In this document: in pieces, positions 41,053 to 48,915 of the stretch
Numbering within the stretch: the first letter of the stretch is position 1
Layout of the letters: the number at the start of each line of letters is the position of its first letter
Origin: Nitrospirota bacterium
GTDB lineage: Bacteria; Nitrospirota; UBA9217
DNA length: 64,000 nt
NCBI GenBank assembly: GCA_963737155.1
Contig: CAVTRN010000002.1
Location: 2,528,001 to 2,592,000 of the forward strand
Direction: 5' to 3'
Position numbers and translations under genes: made by a program
Notes under the pieces: model-generated
Seen by the model: only the letters and a program-made list of their open reading frames with translations
Database searches by the model: none
Told to the model about the DNA's origin: nothing

Positions 41053-41538
41053 TTACCGGGTCTGCATCCCTACCTGTCTCACCTTTCTAGCATGGCATAG
41101 TTCCGTGCACCCCTTTGGATCCAGCCCCACGTCGCTCATCCCTAGGTGGCATTTGAAACACGTCTGGTGGTACGCGACCTTGAGCCCCGGCATTGTCGGA
41201 TTTCCGGGGTCAGGAGCGCTGTGGCAACCGGAACAAGGTAAAAAATTTTGGACGACCGAATTCTTGAAAACCGACGGGTTCAGGTTGTGGCACTGCTGGC
41301 ATGTCGACGCCGCGCCGTTCCCGTGATGATGGCAGGCGTCGCAATTGCCCGCTATCGGTAAATGCTTCGTGTGGTCAAACGTTACCGGTTCATACACGTC
41401 TGAAATGCTGCTCAACACACAGATCCCCGGAAGACGTGCTGCTGGGGATGAACTCGTTGGGCTCTCTCCCGCGTAGAGATATGCCGCGAACAGGATGCCC
41501 AAAGACAGCCCCAAGACGATGCATGCTCTCTTTTTCAT
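41053..41538 (-). CDS. Class III (c3-type) periplasmic cytochrome c
   Basis: Signal peptide MKKRAC...; 'PVTFDHTKH'; CDACH, CQQCH, CSGCH, CFKCH and CTELCH; 'GLKVAYH'. Confidence 0.9.
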   Translation of the reverse strand: MKKRACIVLGLSLGILFAAYLYAGESPTSSSPAARLPGICVLSSISDVYEPVTFDHTKHLPIAGNCDACHHHGNGAASTCQQCHNLNPSVFKNSVVQNFLPCSGCHSAPDPGNPTMPGLKVAYHQTCFKCHLGMSDVGLDPKGCTELCHARKVRQVGMQTR

Positions 41539-41580
41539 GTTCTTTTCTCCCTTCCTCGGTAATAGCATGGAACCTATTTC

Positions 41581-41740
41581 AGATATTTGCCTCAAATAAG
41601 CGACGCCGACGGGATTTTCAATTTTTGTTTTCCTTAGTCTTTGGCTTTTTTTTATTTGCCGAGAGGAACGCTCTCCGCCTAGGTGAGAATTATTTTCTTT
41701 TACCCTCTTTGTTCCTTATATTACTTGCTATATTCTAGCA
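41581..41740 (-). pseudogene. Internally deleted copy of the 42314-42667 gene with its upstream and downstream flanks
   Basis: 41581-41678 aligns by eye with 42275-42378, and 41680-41740 with 42657-42713; translates RRAFLSANKKKPKTKENKN* versus RSAYLSGKKKEKAKDKEDKK*. Confidence 0.75.
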
Positions 41741-41796
41741 CAATTTATTAAAGTATGAATTGCCATTACTTCCCATTTTATGTCATGGAACTTATT

Positions 41797-42210
41797 TTAT
41801 GGCATCTTTTTGGACCCGGCTTTTTCCTTTTTCCTCTTCCTTCCTGCAAGATACGCCTCCACGGGCCTCCATTCAAAGGTCATGCTCTTCCCCGCCACAG
41901 CCGCCCCGCCTTTTATGGCAAGGTTGACCACCGCAGCCGCCAAGACCGCAAAGAACCCGATCGGCAGCATCACGATATAGGCGAGGCCAATGAATGGCGC
42001 CGACACTATCTTGCCCACCGTCTTCATGAGGTGACCTATCCCGCCGGACTCCCTGATATACGTAAGATCGTCCCTCCCGGTGTTAACCACGGTCTTGAAC
42101 GGTTTGGGCTTCAGAAACTCCCAGAACACCAGGAACACACCAATAGCGAGAAGAGACAGGATGTATTCGATACCCTTGACATGAGTGATGAAATCTACGA
42201 GCGTATACAT
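41797..42210 (-). CDS. Small membrane protein: HmcD-like N-terminus fused to the shared paralog domain
   Basis: N-terminus 'MYTLVDFITHVKGIEY...FWEFL' resembles HmcD; C-terminus 'PFIGLAY...GKSMTFEWRPVEAYLAG' shared with the two upstream ORFs; AGGAGG RBS. Confidence 0.75.
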   Translation of the reverse strand: MYTLVDFITHVKGIEYILSLLAIGVFLVFWEFLKPKPFKTVVNTGRDDLTYIRESGGIGHLMKTVGKIVSAPFIGLAYIVMLPIGFFAVLAAAVVNLAIKGGAAVAGKSMTFEWRPVEAYLAGRKRKKEKAGSKKMP

Positions 42211-42313
42211 GGTATTCCTCCTTTTGTGGATGAACTTTTGTTATACTGTTTTCCCCTCTATCCCTAGCAGCCTCGGATATTATTGCCGCAAATGAGCGAC
42301 GCTAACGAGATTT

Positions 42314-42667
42314 TCACTTTTTATCTTCCTTGTCTTTGGCTTTTTCCTTCTTCTTTCCCGACAGGTACGCGCTCCGCGGCCTCCAGCCGACGGAAATGCT
42401 CTTACCGAACAGACTGACCGCCCCTCTCAGGACTTCACGGCCCGCCTCGACCGCTATCATGGCTATGCCAATGAAGGGCAGAAATACGACATACAACAAC
42501 CCAATAAACGGTCCCGACAGAAGCATTATGCCGACGGGCAGCCTGAGATATTTTGACGCCTCTCCCCCGGGCAGAACGGATTCCTGTGTCACGTCCACCC
42601 GATGTCCGCTCCGTACCTCCCAGTAAGTTCCCTTGCCAACCTTATGTCCTCCCTTGTAAGTAAGCAT
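42314..42667 (-). CDS. Hypothetical small membrane protein (paralog 2)
   Basis: 'YKGGHKVGKGTYW...YLRLP...PFIGLLYVVFLP...GKSISVGWRPRSAYLSG'. Confidence 0.8.
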   Translation of the reverse strand: MLTYKGGHKVGKGTYWEVRSGHRVDVTQESVLPGGEASKYLRLPVGIMLLSGPFIGLLYVVFLPFIGIAMIAVEAGREVLRGAVSLFGKSISVGWRPRSAYLSGKKKEKAKDKEDKK

Positions 42668-42723
42668 TTTCTTTCACCCCCTTTTCGGCTTTGTTACTTG
42701 CTCTAGTCTAGCAGTATGCGTAT

Positions 42724-43053
42724 TCACAAAAATCTCTCTTCTCCGGAAAAATACACATTCTTGTGTCTCCATCCAAAGGAGATGTTCTTCCCCGCAATTC
42801 CTGAAAGGCCGTTTAGCATCTTGACACCTACGACCAATGCAATTGTTGTCATCCCGAGGAATGGCATCAGGACTGTGTAGATCAACGCCACAATTGGTAT
42901 AGCCGCTAGCATGAAGCCTACAGGCATTTTTAGATACGTCGACGGGTTTTTCCCCATTAAGATGGCTTCACCACAAACATCTACTCTTCGCCCATCAACT
43001 ACATTCCAATATGAGCCTGCTGTTACTCTGAATCCGTTTCTATATGTGAACAT
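42724..43053 (-). CDS. Hypothetical small membrane protein (paralog 3)
   Basis: 'YRNGFRVTAGSYW...YLKMP...LIYTVLMP...GKNISFGWRHKNVYFSG'; GGAGGAGG RBS before ATG 43053. Confidence 0.78.
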   Translation of the reverse strand: MFTYRNGFRVTAGSYWNVVDGRRVDVCGEAILMGKNPSTYLKMPVGFMLAAIPIVALIYTVLMPFLGMTTIALVVGVKMLNGLSGIAGKNISFGWRHKNVYFSGEERFL

Positions 43054-43110
43054 CGTACCCACCTCCTCCCTTGTTGCTTTATATATATCAGTAATCTCTA
43101 TGCATGAAAA

Positions 43111-43147
43111 TCGGGACATAGTCCTATTCTCGTGGGAAAATAGTCCT
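43111..43147. promoter_or_regulatory. Candidate response-regulator binding sites upstream of the redox operon
   Basis: GGAC-ATA-GTCC palindrome plus a second ATAGTCCTA copy 22 bp away; near-identical TCGGGACTTAGTCC at 45242-45255. Confidence 0.4.
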
Positions 43148-43687
43148 AGAATTGTTTTTTGGCTCCTCAGCAGAATCTGTGGATAAAAAATCAGCATTTA
43201 AGGAAAAGTCTCGCATTCCGGCATAACCATTATGCTAATTTATAGTTGCATTGACGTGACATTTGCCATTGCTGTCTTTATTCATCGTTGCTTACAACGC
43301 AGGTGATAAATCTCACTGTGACATTTATTAGCCTATTCGCTAGTGATGAGATCTTGCAATCACGCGTAATTACAGAACAAATACGGAATCGTAATCTAAA
43401 AAATATCCACAGATTCAGCGGAGGAGGCTGTTTTTTAAGTGGATAAGCAAGTGAGGATAAACATCATGCTCCCGTTGGATAGAGACGAAAAGTACTGTAA
43501 TTTTAAATGATTAGGCCGTTCATACGGACAAGGTGGAAGGGCGTGTCGGTTTGTTCCGGAAGATCATAGAATCGAGGTCACACCGTCACAGACGCAGGGG
43601 GCATGTCCGCCGAAGTCCTGCTTTCGAAAAACGTGACAACGCAGACATAGCAGTGATAGACTGTCTCATCGTGAAAATGATGCGCTG

Positions 43688-44242
43688 TCACGGTACCAGG
43701 CTCTGGGCGATTTTTATAAGCTCGAAGGGCGAGGATTTCATCGTAACCGTCATCATACAGTTTCCCTCGTTCCACGAAATCCTGCTGCAGACGTCATTTT
43801 GCTCGCAAGTACCGACCTTGAGGAGCGCGTTTCTCCCTTTCAAGTCGTAAGAAACCGATTCCTTAACCTGCAGAATCCTGATCCGGTCGTCGAGGGCGGG
43901 TCGGTCTGAAGCTGTCTGCGATATGACAAGAGCGGGTTCAATCGTGCCCGCGCGGCGGAATACCATGAGCGTCGCGACATACGGTTTTGTCTGCGCCCAT
44001 ATCTCCGAAGGTGGCCACGTGACGCTCTGGGGAAAGTAGGTGGGAACCCTGATATCTCGGATGTTCAGTTTTGCTCGTACCGCCTCAACACTATCGTAGG
44101 TCCTTAGGGTACCTTGCTGCAGTACCAGAGGGAGCCAGTTGAGCGTTTTTAAAACAGTAAGAACCGCTATGATGGTCAGTGTAAAGTACACATACCTGCG
44201 GATTCTGTCGCGCATAACTTTCACCTCACGATCATACGACAA
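43688..44242 (-). CDS. Hypothetical membrane-anchored periplasmic protein
   Basis: N-terminal TM; 'VPTYFP...WPP'; overlaps the upstream peptidase gene. Confidence 0.75.
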   Translation of the reverse strand: MSYDREVKVMRDRIRRYVYFTLTIIAVLTVLKTLNWLPLVLQQGTLRTYDSVEAVRAKLNIRDIRVPTYFPQSVTWPPSEIWAQTKPYVATLMVFRRAGTIEPALVISQTASDRPALDDRIRILQVKESVSYDLKGRNALLKVGTCEQNDVCSRISWNEGNCMMTVTMKSSPFELIKIAQSLVP

Positions 44243-45221
44243 AGTAGCAGACGCCTAACATTAGGAGCAGGACAATCGTAAAGGGAAACCACCCCCCACC
44301 TCTACTCTGCAGCCGCGCCTTCTCAAGTCTCGTGATCCTACTCTCGAGCTGCAGATCATGACTGTACTCCTCAAGAGGGACGTCCTTCGCGAGAAGTTCT
44401 TTCGCAGTATTAGGAGACCGTCCATGACTTGAATAAAATTTTTTCAAAGTCTCCGCGAGAGCATCCGGTCTTCCTGTGACAGAGACGGCAATGTCGTCGC
44501 AGATTTTCTCCTCGTTCCTGACAGCCCTTCTGAATTCCACGAGCACCATAGGATTGAAGAACATGATCATCCTGAGCAAAAATGTGGCAAGGAGAACCGG
44601 CCGTCTGCTCCGTGTAATATGGGCGATCTCGTGCGCCAGGGCAGCCCGAATCTGATCTCTGCTTAGCGCCTTGAGGAGGCCGCTCGATACGAAGACTGCC
44701 GCCTCTCTCCCTGTCGATGAAAAGAGAAAAATATCGTCGTCGTCGATAATGACGGTTCTGGGCTTGTCCATGGGGAGAGACATCAATGCCTCGTCCACTA
44801 GCTCTTTTCCAACTGGGTCGCATGCTTCGACAACGTCAGTGTCAGATTCACGCATATGTCTGACTACCGGCACCAGTTCCTGAAATAAAAATACGAGGGC
44901 CGTGCCCACAAGCAGAAATATGAAAAAAAAGTGGAGCGGTACTATTCCAAACAATTCCATACCCATCCATCTTCCGCTATCGAAGAGGGCCGTTGCCCGG
45001 AAGAGAAGGGAACCACGGTCGGGATTTATCAACTGATAGAAGGGAAAAGAAAAAACGGGAAACAGCACGGTGAGAATGCGAAACCTCTGTTTCACCGCTG
45101 GATCTTCGATCTTCCATGCACGCAGAGCGCCGTCTGCTATGACCACGGCGATGAACGCATGAAGGAAAGATTGCGTCACATACCTGCCTGCAAGGGATTG
45201 TAAGATATCCGGAATATTCAT
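44232..45221 (-). CDS. Membrane Zn metallopeptidase (M56 BlaR1-like/M48)
   Basis: HEXXH 'LAHEIAH', 'FFNP...EEKICDD.A' and TM segments. Confidence 0.88.
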   Translation of the reverse strand: MNIPDILQSLAGRYVTQSFLHAFIAVVIADGALRAWKIEDPAVKQRFRILTVLFPVFSFPFYQLINPDRGSLLFRATALFDSGRWMGMELFGIVPLHFFFIFLLVGTALVFLFQELVPVVRHMRESDTDVVEACDPVGKELVDEALMSLPMDKPRTVIIDDDDIFLFSSTGREAAVFVSSGLLKALSRDQIRAALAHEIAHITRSRRPVLLATFLLRMIMFFNPMVLVEFRRAVRNEEKICDDIAVSVTGRPDALAETLKKFYSSHGRSPNTAKELLAKDVPLEEYSHDLQLESRITRLEKARLQSRGGGWFPFTIVLLLMLGVCYFVV

Positions 45222-45571
45222 ACATTTCGAATCGTCGAAAGTCGGGACTTAGTCCACAATACAGAGAGGGAACGTGCCAGACCAGTTCCAGAAACAGAAA
45301 AACCATCGTGCGAGCCTTGATTAAGATTATCCGACAGAATGGCAAGGATTTCAAGTAGTAAAAACAGATGCCTAACCATCACCGAGCGTCATATGCCCAC
45401 ATATGCACCTTTTTGCGGTCAGTTGCAGAGGAACTCTCTCGTCAGGCCTTTTCAAGCCAGTCAAAGGTGATCTTCAGACGGTCCCGGATGTCAGGACGTC
45501 CGTGCGTCGAGAGTTAACTGGTGGTCACCCATTTGAAGGAACCCTTCAAGTTAAAAAAACCCATCACGGTT

Positions 45572-45957
45572 ACATCAATTTGTTGCCAGCCATGACGCCA
45601 AGACATTAATCGGGAAATGCGAGGTGTGGATTTATGGAATGCCAATGAACAGATGGCTTTGTTTCGTGATTTTAGCGATTCCTGAGGTCATTTTTGACCG
45701 CATCTGTTTTGTAAAGAATCAAGAACGACGTTCGTTGGCTGCGTGCTAAGAAGCGACTCAGATACCGATGAGTCCGAGAGTCAGGTGCAGTTTGGCCGCG
45801 TAGAGTAAATCGTTGAGCTATGTTGCTCGGCATCTGAAAGCGTAGAATAGCCATGGCGAGATCACGGAGAGACGCCCTGACCCAGGGCTGAACTTCGTTT
45901 GGATACGGCAGCGATCTTCTTCAAAAGTGACATTAGCCGCAATGCACTTTATTTTCA
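45572..45957 (-). mobile_element. Degenerate 3' end of an ISAs1-family transposase plus downstream flank (copy B)
   Basis: 'ENKVH...VTFEEDRCRIQTK...ASLRDLAMAILR...LHLTLGLIGI*'; colinear with copy A including the non-coding sequence beyond the stop. Confidence 0.8.
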
Positions 45958-46417
45958 GGCTCAAGTCCGAAGTGAGTGGGAACTTTAAGCCTTTTTTGAT
46001 CATATGCCAGAAGCATTCAAGAGAGTACGACTACGCGAGCATGAAAATCGCCAAAGATGGCATGAATCGCTCTCTTTATCTTGCAACAGATACAAATCGG
46101 AGGGAGGTCGTATATTCGAATGTCCTCCCACATACTACTCTCCTCTTTAAGCACTTTTGCATTAGAGAATGGGGCGGACAGAAGCGGGGCACAAGGCCCG
46201 AATGAACAATTGTCTTGGATTGGCCATGCAGGTACAATATCAACCGGCTATTCAGAACCATGACAGTACTCTGATTAATTTCAATTATTGTTCTTTCGTT
46301 TTTAGCCAATCGGGCCTTAAGAACATTCCTGCCGCCGTCCCAGATGAATAATTATTTCTGAAATAACCCAGCAACTGGTGTAAAATAAAGTCATCTTGTC
46401 GAAAAGGCAGCGCAGGC

Positions 46418-47005
46418 ATGATAAAGTTCAACGGAATAAATCATTTAGCTCTAGTCACCGGCAATATCGATGAAACCATTAGATTCTGGAGGGACCTACT
46501 CGGGCTGCGGCTAATAGCAGGCTTGGGCAGGCCTGGCTACCGGCAGTATTTTTTTGCCCTTTCCGAACATGACATGGTTGTCTTCTTCGAATGGTCCAGT
46601 GTTGCGCCAATCGAGGAAAAGGAGCACGGTCGTCCTGTGTCGGGACCTTTTATTTTTGATCATGTATCTTTCGGAGTCGATACCGAGAATGACCTCTGGG
46701 AACTCAAGGACAGGCTGACTGCGGCAGGCATCTGGGTATCGGAGGTGATCGACCACGGGTTCATCCATTCCATTTATTCCTTCGATCCGAACGGAATTCC
46801 CATTGAATTCAGCCGCCGTGTCGATGGTACCGATGTCCGCGGAAACCCTCTCATGGCGGATCGGGTACCTACCATTGTCGCTCTTGAAGGGCCGGAACCC
46901 CTGTTCGAGAAATGGCCGCCCGTCGTACAACCTACACCGGAAGAGCAGAGAACTGTTTATCCCGGAGCGGGGAGCGAACTGTTTCATGGGAAAAAGAAGG
47001 CATAG
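46418..47005 (+). CDS. VOC/glyoxalase family protein
   Basis: 'GINHLAL...RFW..LLGL', 'DHVSF' and 'HSIYSFDPNGIPIEF'. Confidence 0.9.
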   Translation: MIKFNGINHLALVTGNIDETIRFWRDLLGLRLIAGLGRPGYRQYFFALSEHDMVVFFEWSSVAPIEEKEHGRPVSGPFIFDHVSFGVDTENDLWELKDRLTAAGIWVSEVIDHGFIHSIYSFDPNGIPIEFSRRVDGTDVRGNPLMADRVPTIVALEGPEPLFEKWPPVVQPTPEEQRTVYPGAGSELFHGKKKA

Positions 47006-47207
47006 CGGAGACTTGGTTCTGTTCCGGAAAAAACCATTGACGCCGGTTGGCCAGAATATATAATAAGGAAGAAGAATCACCCGTCTCATCAACCCTGTTC
47101 TAGCAGGGAAATCCTATGTATTCGGGAAGTGTCTGACCGCCGTCGGTTTCTTATTCAGCGGCACAGGTTATCGCCACCGACAGCAGAGCTAAATTCCAGG
47201 GAGTTAC

Positions 47208-48383
47208 ATGGAATATGATGTCATCATAGCCGGGGCCGGACCTGCGGGTTCAACCTGCGCGCGAGTATGTGCCCAGTCGGGGTTGAAAACCCTGCTGCTG
47301 GATCGGGACTGCTTTCCGCGATCCAAGCCCTGCGCCGGTGCAGTATCCGAGCAAGCGCTCAAAAACCTCGATTTCGAGCTACCAAAGCATCTCATAGAAG
47401 ATGAATGCTTCAGCGTTCGTGTTCATTATCAGAGCCGTTCCGTGGAAATTAAGAAGGATCAAAGGTTCGCAGTTCTGGTCACCAGAAAGGATTTCGACTC
47501 GATCCTGGTCAACAAATCAGTTGAAGCGGGCGCGCGTTTTTTCACAGGTGAAGAGGTCGTTGAGGTTCAGGACGGGCGGGACGCCGTCGAAATCTCCACC
47601 GGAACACAATCGTACCGGGGAAAGTTTCTCATAGGCGCTGACGGCATTCACAGCCGCGTCGCGCAAGCCTTGCGGCCATCCCTGCGCAAGGATGAGATTG
47701 CCATTGCATTGGTGTGCCAAGTCCCTGCCGATAGCCGGGAGATCAGCAAGAGATTGGACAAAACTCTGAATTTTTATTTTGGCGAAGCGCCCTTGGGTTA
47801 TGGATGGCTATTCCCCCACAGAGGATACTATTCCACTGGTATTGCCGGGCTCGCCTCACGTTTTTCAAAACCCCATGAATCGTTGACGGATTTCTCGCAT
47901 TCCCTTCAGCTTAAGCTTCCCTACATACAGGGTCATTTCATTCCTTTCGGGGGTATCCGTAGATCCATTGCGCGGGGAAGAATGCTGCTTGCAGGAGACG
48001 CAGCGGGATTTGCCGACCCCCTCCATGGTGAAGGGATATCCCATGCCATTCTCTCCGGTAAACTTGCGGCGCATGCAATCAGCGAAACGATTAGAAGAGG
48101 GAAGTCTCCGTCCTTCGCAGTCTCGCGCTATCGCAGCGAAACCAGCCGGCTTATTACCGGGCAGCTGCGCGTTGCGCTTCGTATGGCATGCCAGTTCGAA
48201 AGGCATCCCAACCTTTTCGTTCGCATATTCCTGGACCACCCTGAGTCCCTGAGGCGATACCTGGATATCCCCGCGGGCAGAAGCGATTACCGGAGCTTTC
48301 AGAGATGGATTCTTATTCACCTCCCTCTGCTGCTTCTTCCAAGCGGGTGCAAAGGGAAAACGGCAGTAAACAATCAATACTGA
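47208..48383 (+). CDS. Geranylgeranyl reductase-family FAD-dependent oxidoreductase
   Basis: 'GAGPAG', 'FPRSKPCAG', 'GADG', 'GYGWLFP' and 'GDAAG..DPLHGEGI'. Confidence 0.9.
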   Translation: MEYDVIIAGAGPAGSTCARVCAQSGLKTLLLDRDCFPRSKPCAGAVSEQALKNLDFELPKHLIEDECFSVRVHYQSRSVEIKKDQRFAVLVTRKDFDSILVNKSVEAGARFFTGEEVVEVQDGRDAVEISTGTQSYRGKFLIGADGIHSRVAQALRPSLRKDEIAIALVCQVPADSREISKRLDKTLNFYFGEAPLGYGWLFPHRGYYSTGIAGLASRFSKPHESLTDFSHSLQLKLPYIQGHFIPFGGIRRSIARGRMLLAGDAAGFADPLHGEGISHAILSGKLAAHAISETIRRGKSPSFAVSRYRSETSRLITGQLRVALRMACQFERHPNLFVRIFLDHPESLRRYLDIPAGRSDYRSFQRWILIHLPLLLLPSGCKGKTAVNNQY

Positions 48384-48721
48384 GGATCCGCCCCTTTGAC
48401 CGCAAAGAGCGGTTCTTTTATCGATTCCCCCCTACAAACCGGGCATCTCCCCGGCTTTTTCATGCGAGCACGTTTCGAGAATGAAAATCCGCATTTTTTG
48501 CACTCCGCGGGTCTTATGAGTAAACGCCGATCCAACGACGCAAGCGTTTTTTGGATGTGTTCGAGATGGCCATAAACTTCGCGTTCCGGAATCTTCACGG
48601 CAGCGGAAAGGTCTTTTGCGGAGCAGAATTTCTTCTCAAGCTCCTGTATGATCCCCTGTCTGACGGTGTCGTGGGATGACGGCGGCACAACGGGTTCTTT
48701 CGATTTTATTTTCACGGGCAT
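48374..48721 (-). CDS. HTH plus Zn-ribbon transcriptional regulator (COG3357-like)
   Basis: 'EREVYGHLEHIQK' and 'PAECKKCGF...PGRCPVC'. Confidence 0.8.
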   Translation of the reverse strand: MPVKIKSKEPVVPPSSHDTVRQGIIQELEKKFCSAKDLSAAVKIPEREVYGHLEHIQKTLASLDRRLLIRPAECKKCGFSFSKRARMKKPGRCPVCRGESIKEPLFAVKGADPQY

Positions 48722-48915
48722 TTTTTCCCAGAGGGAGATAACGCGAATTACTGAAGGATTCTTTGTCTCAACACAAGTCCCCATCCTTTAACATCATTCC
48801 CACTTATCGGATAATGGTAGTTGATTACTTTTACACGGTAGAGAAAGTTCTGGATGAGTTGGAATGACGGCATAAACAGATCATTGCCTCGTTAGCATGA
48901 AGCGATCCGTTTTAT

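Noticed and set aside
43303-43316. CRP/FNR-like site GTGA-N6-TCAC
   Set aside because: Only the 8-bp core matches, ~250 bp from the nearest start; could easily be chance
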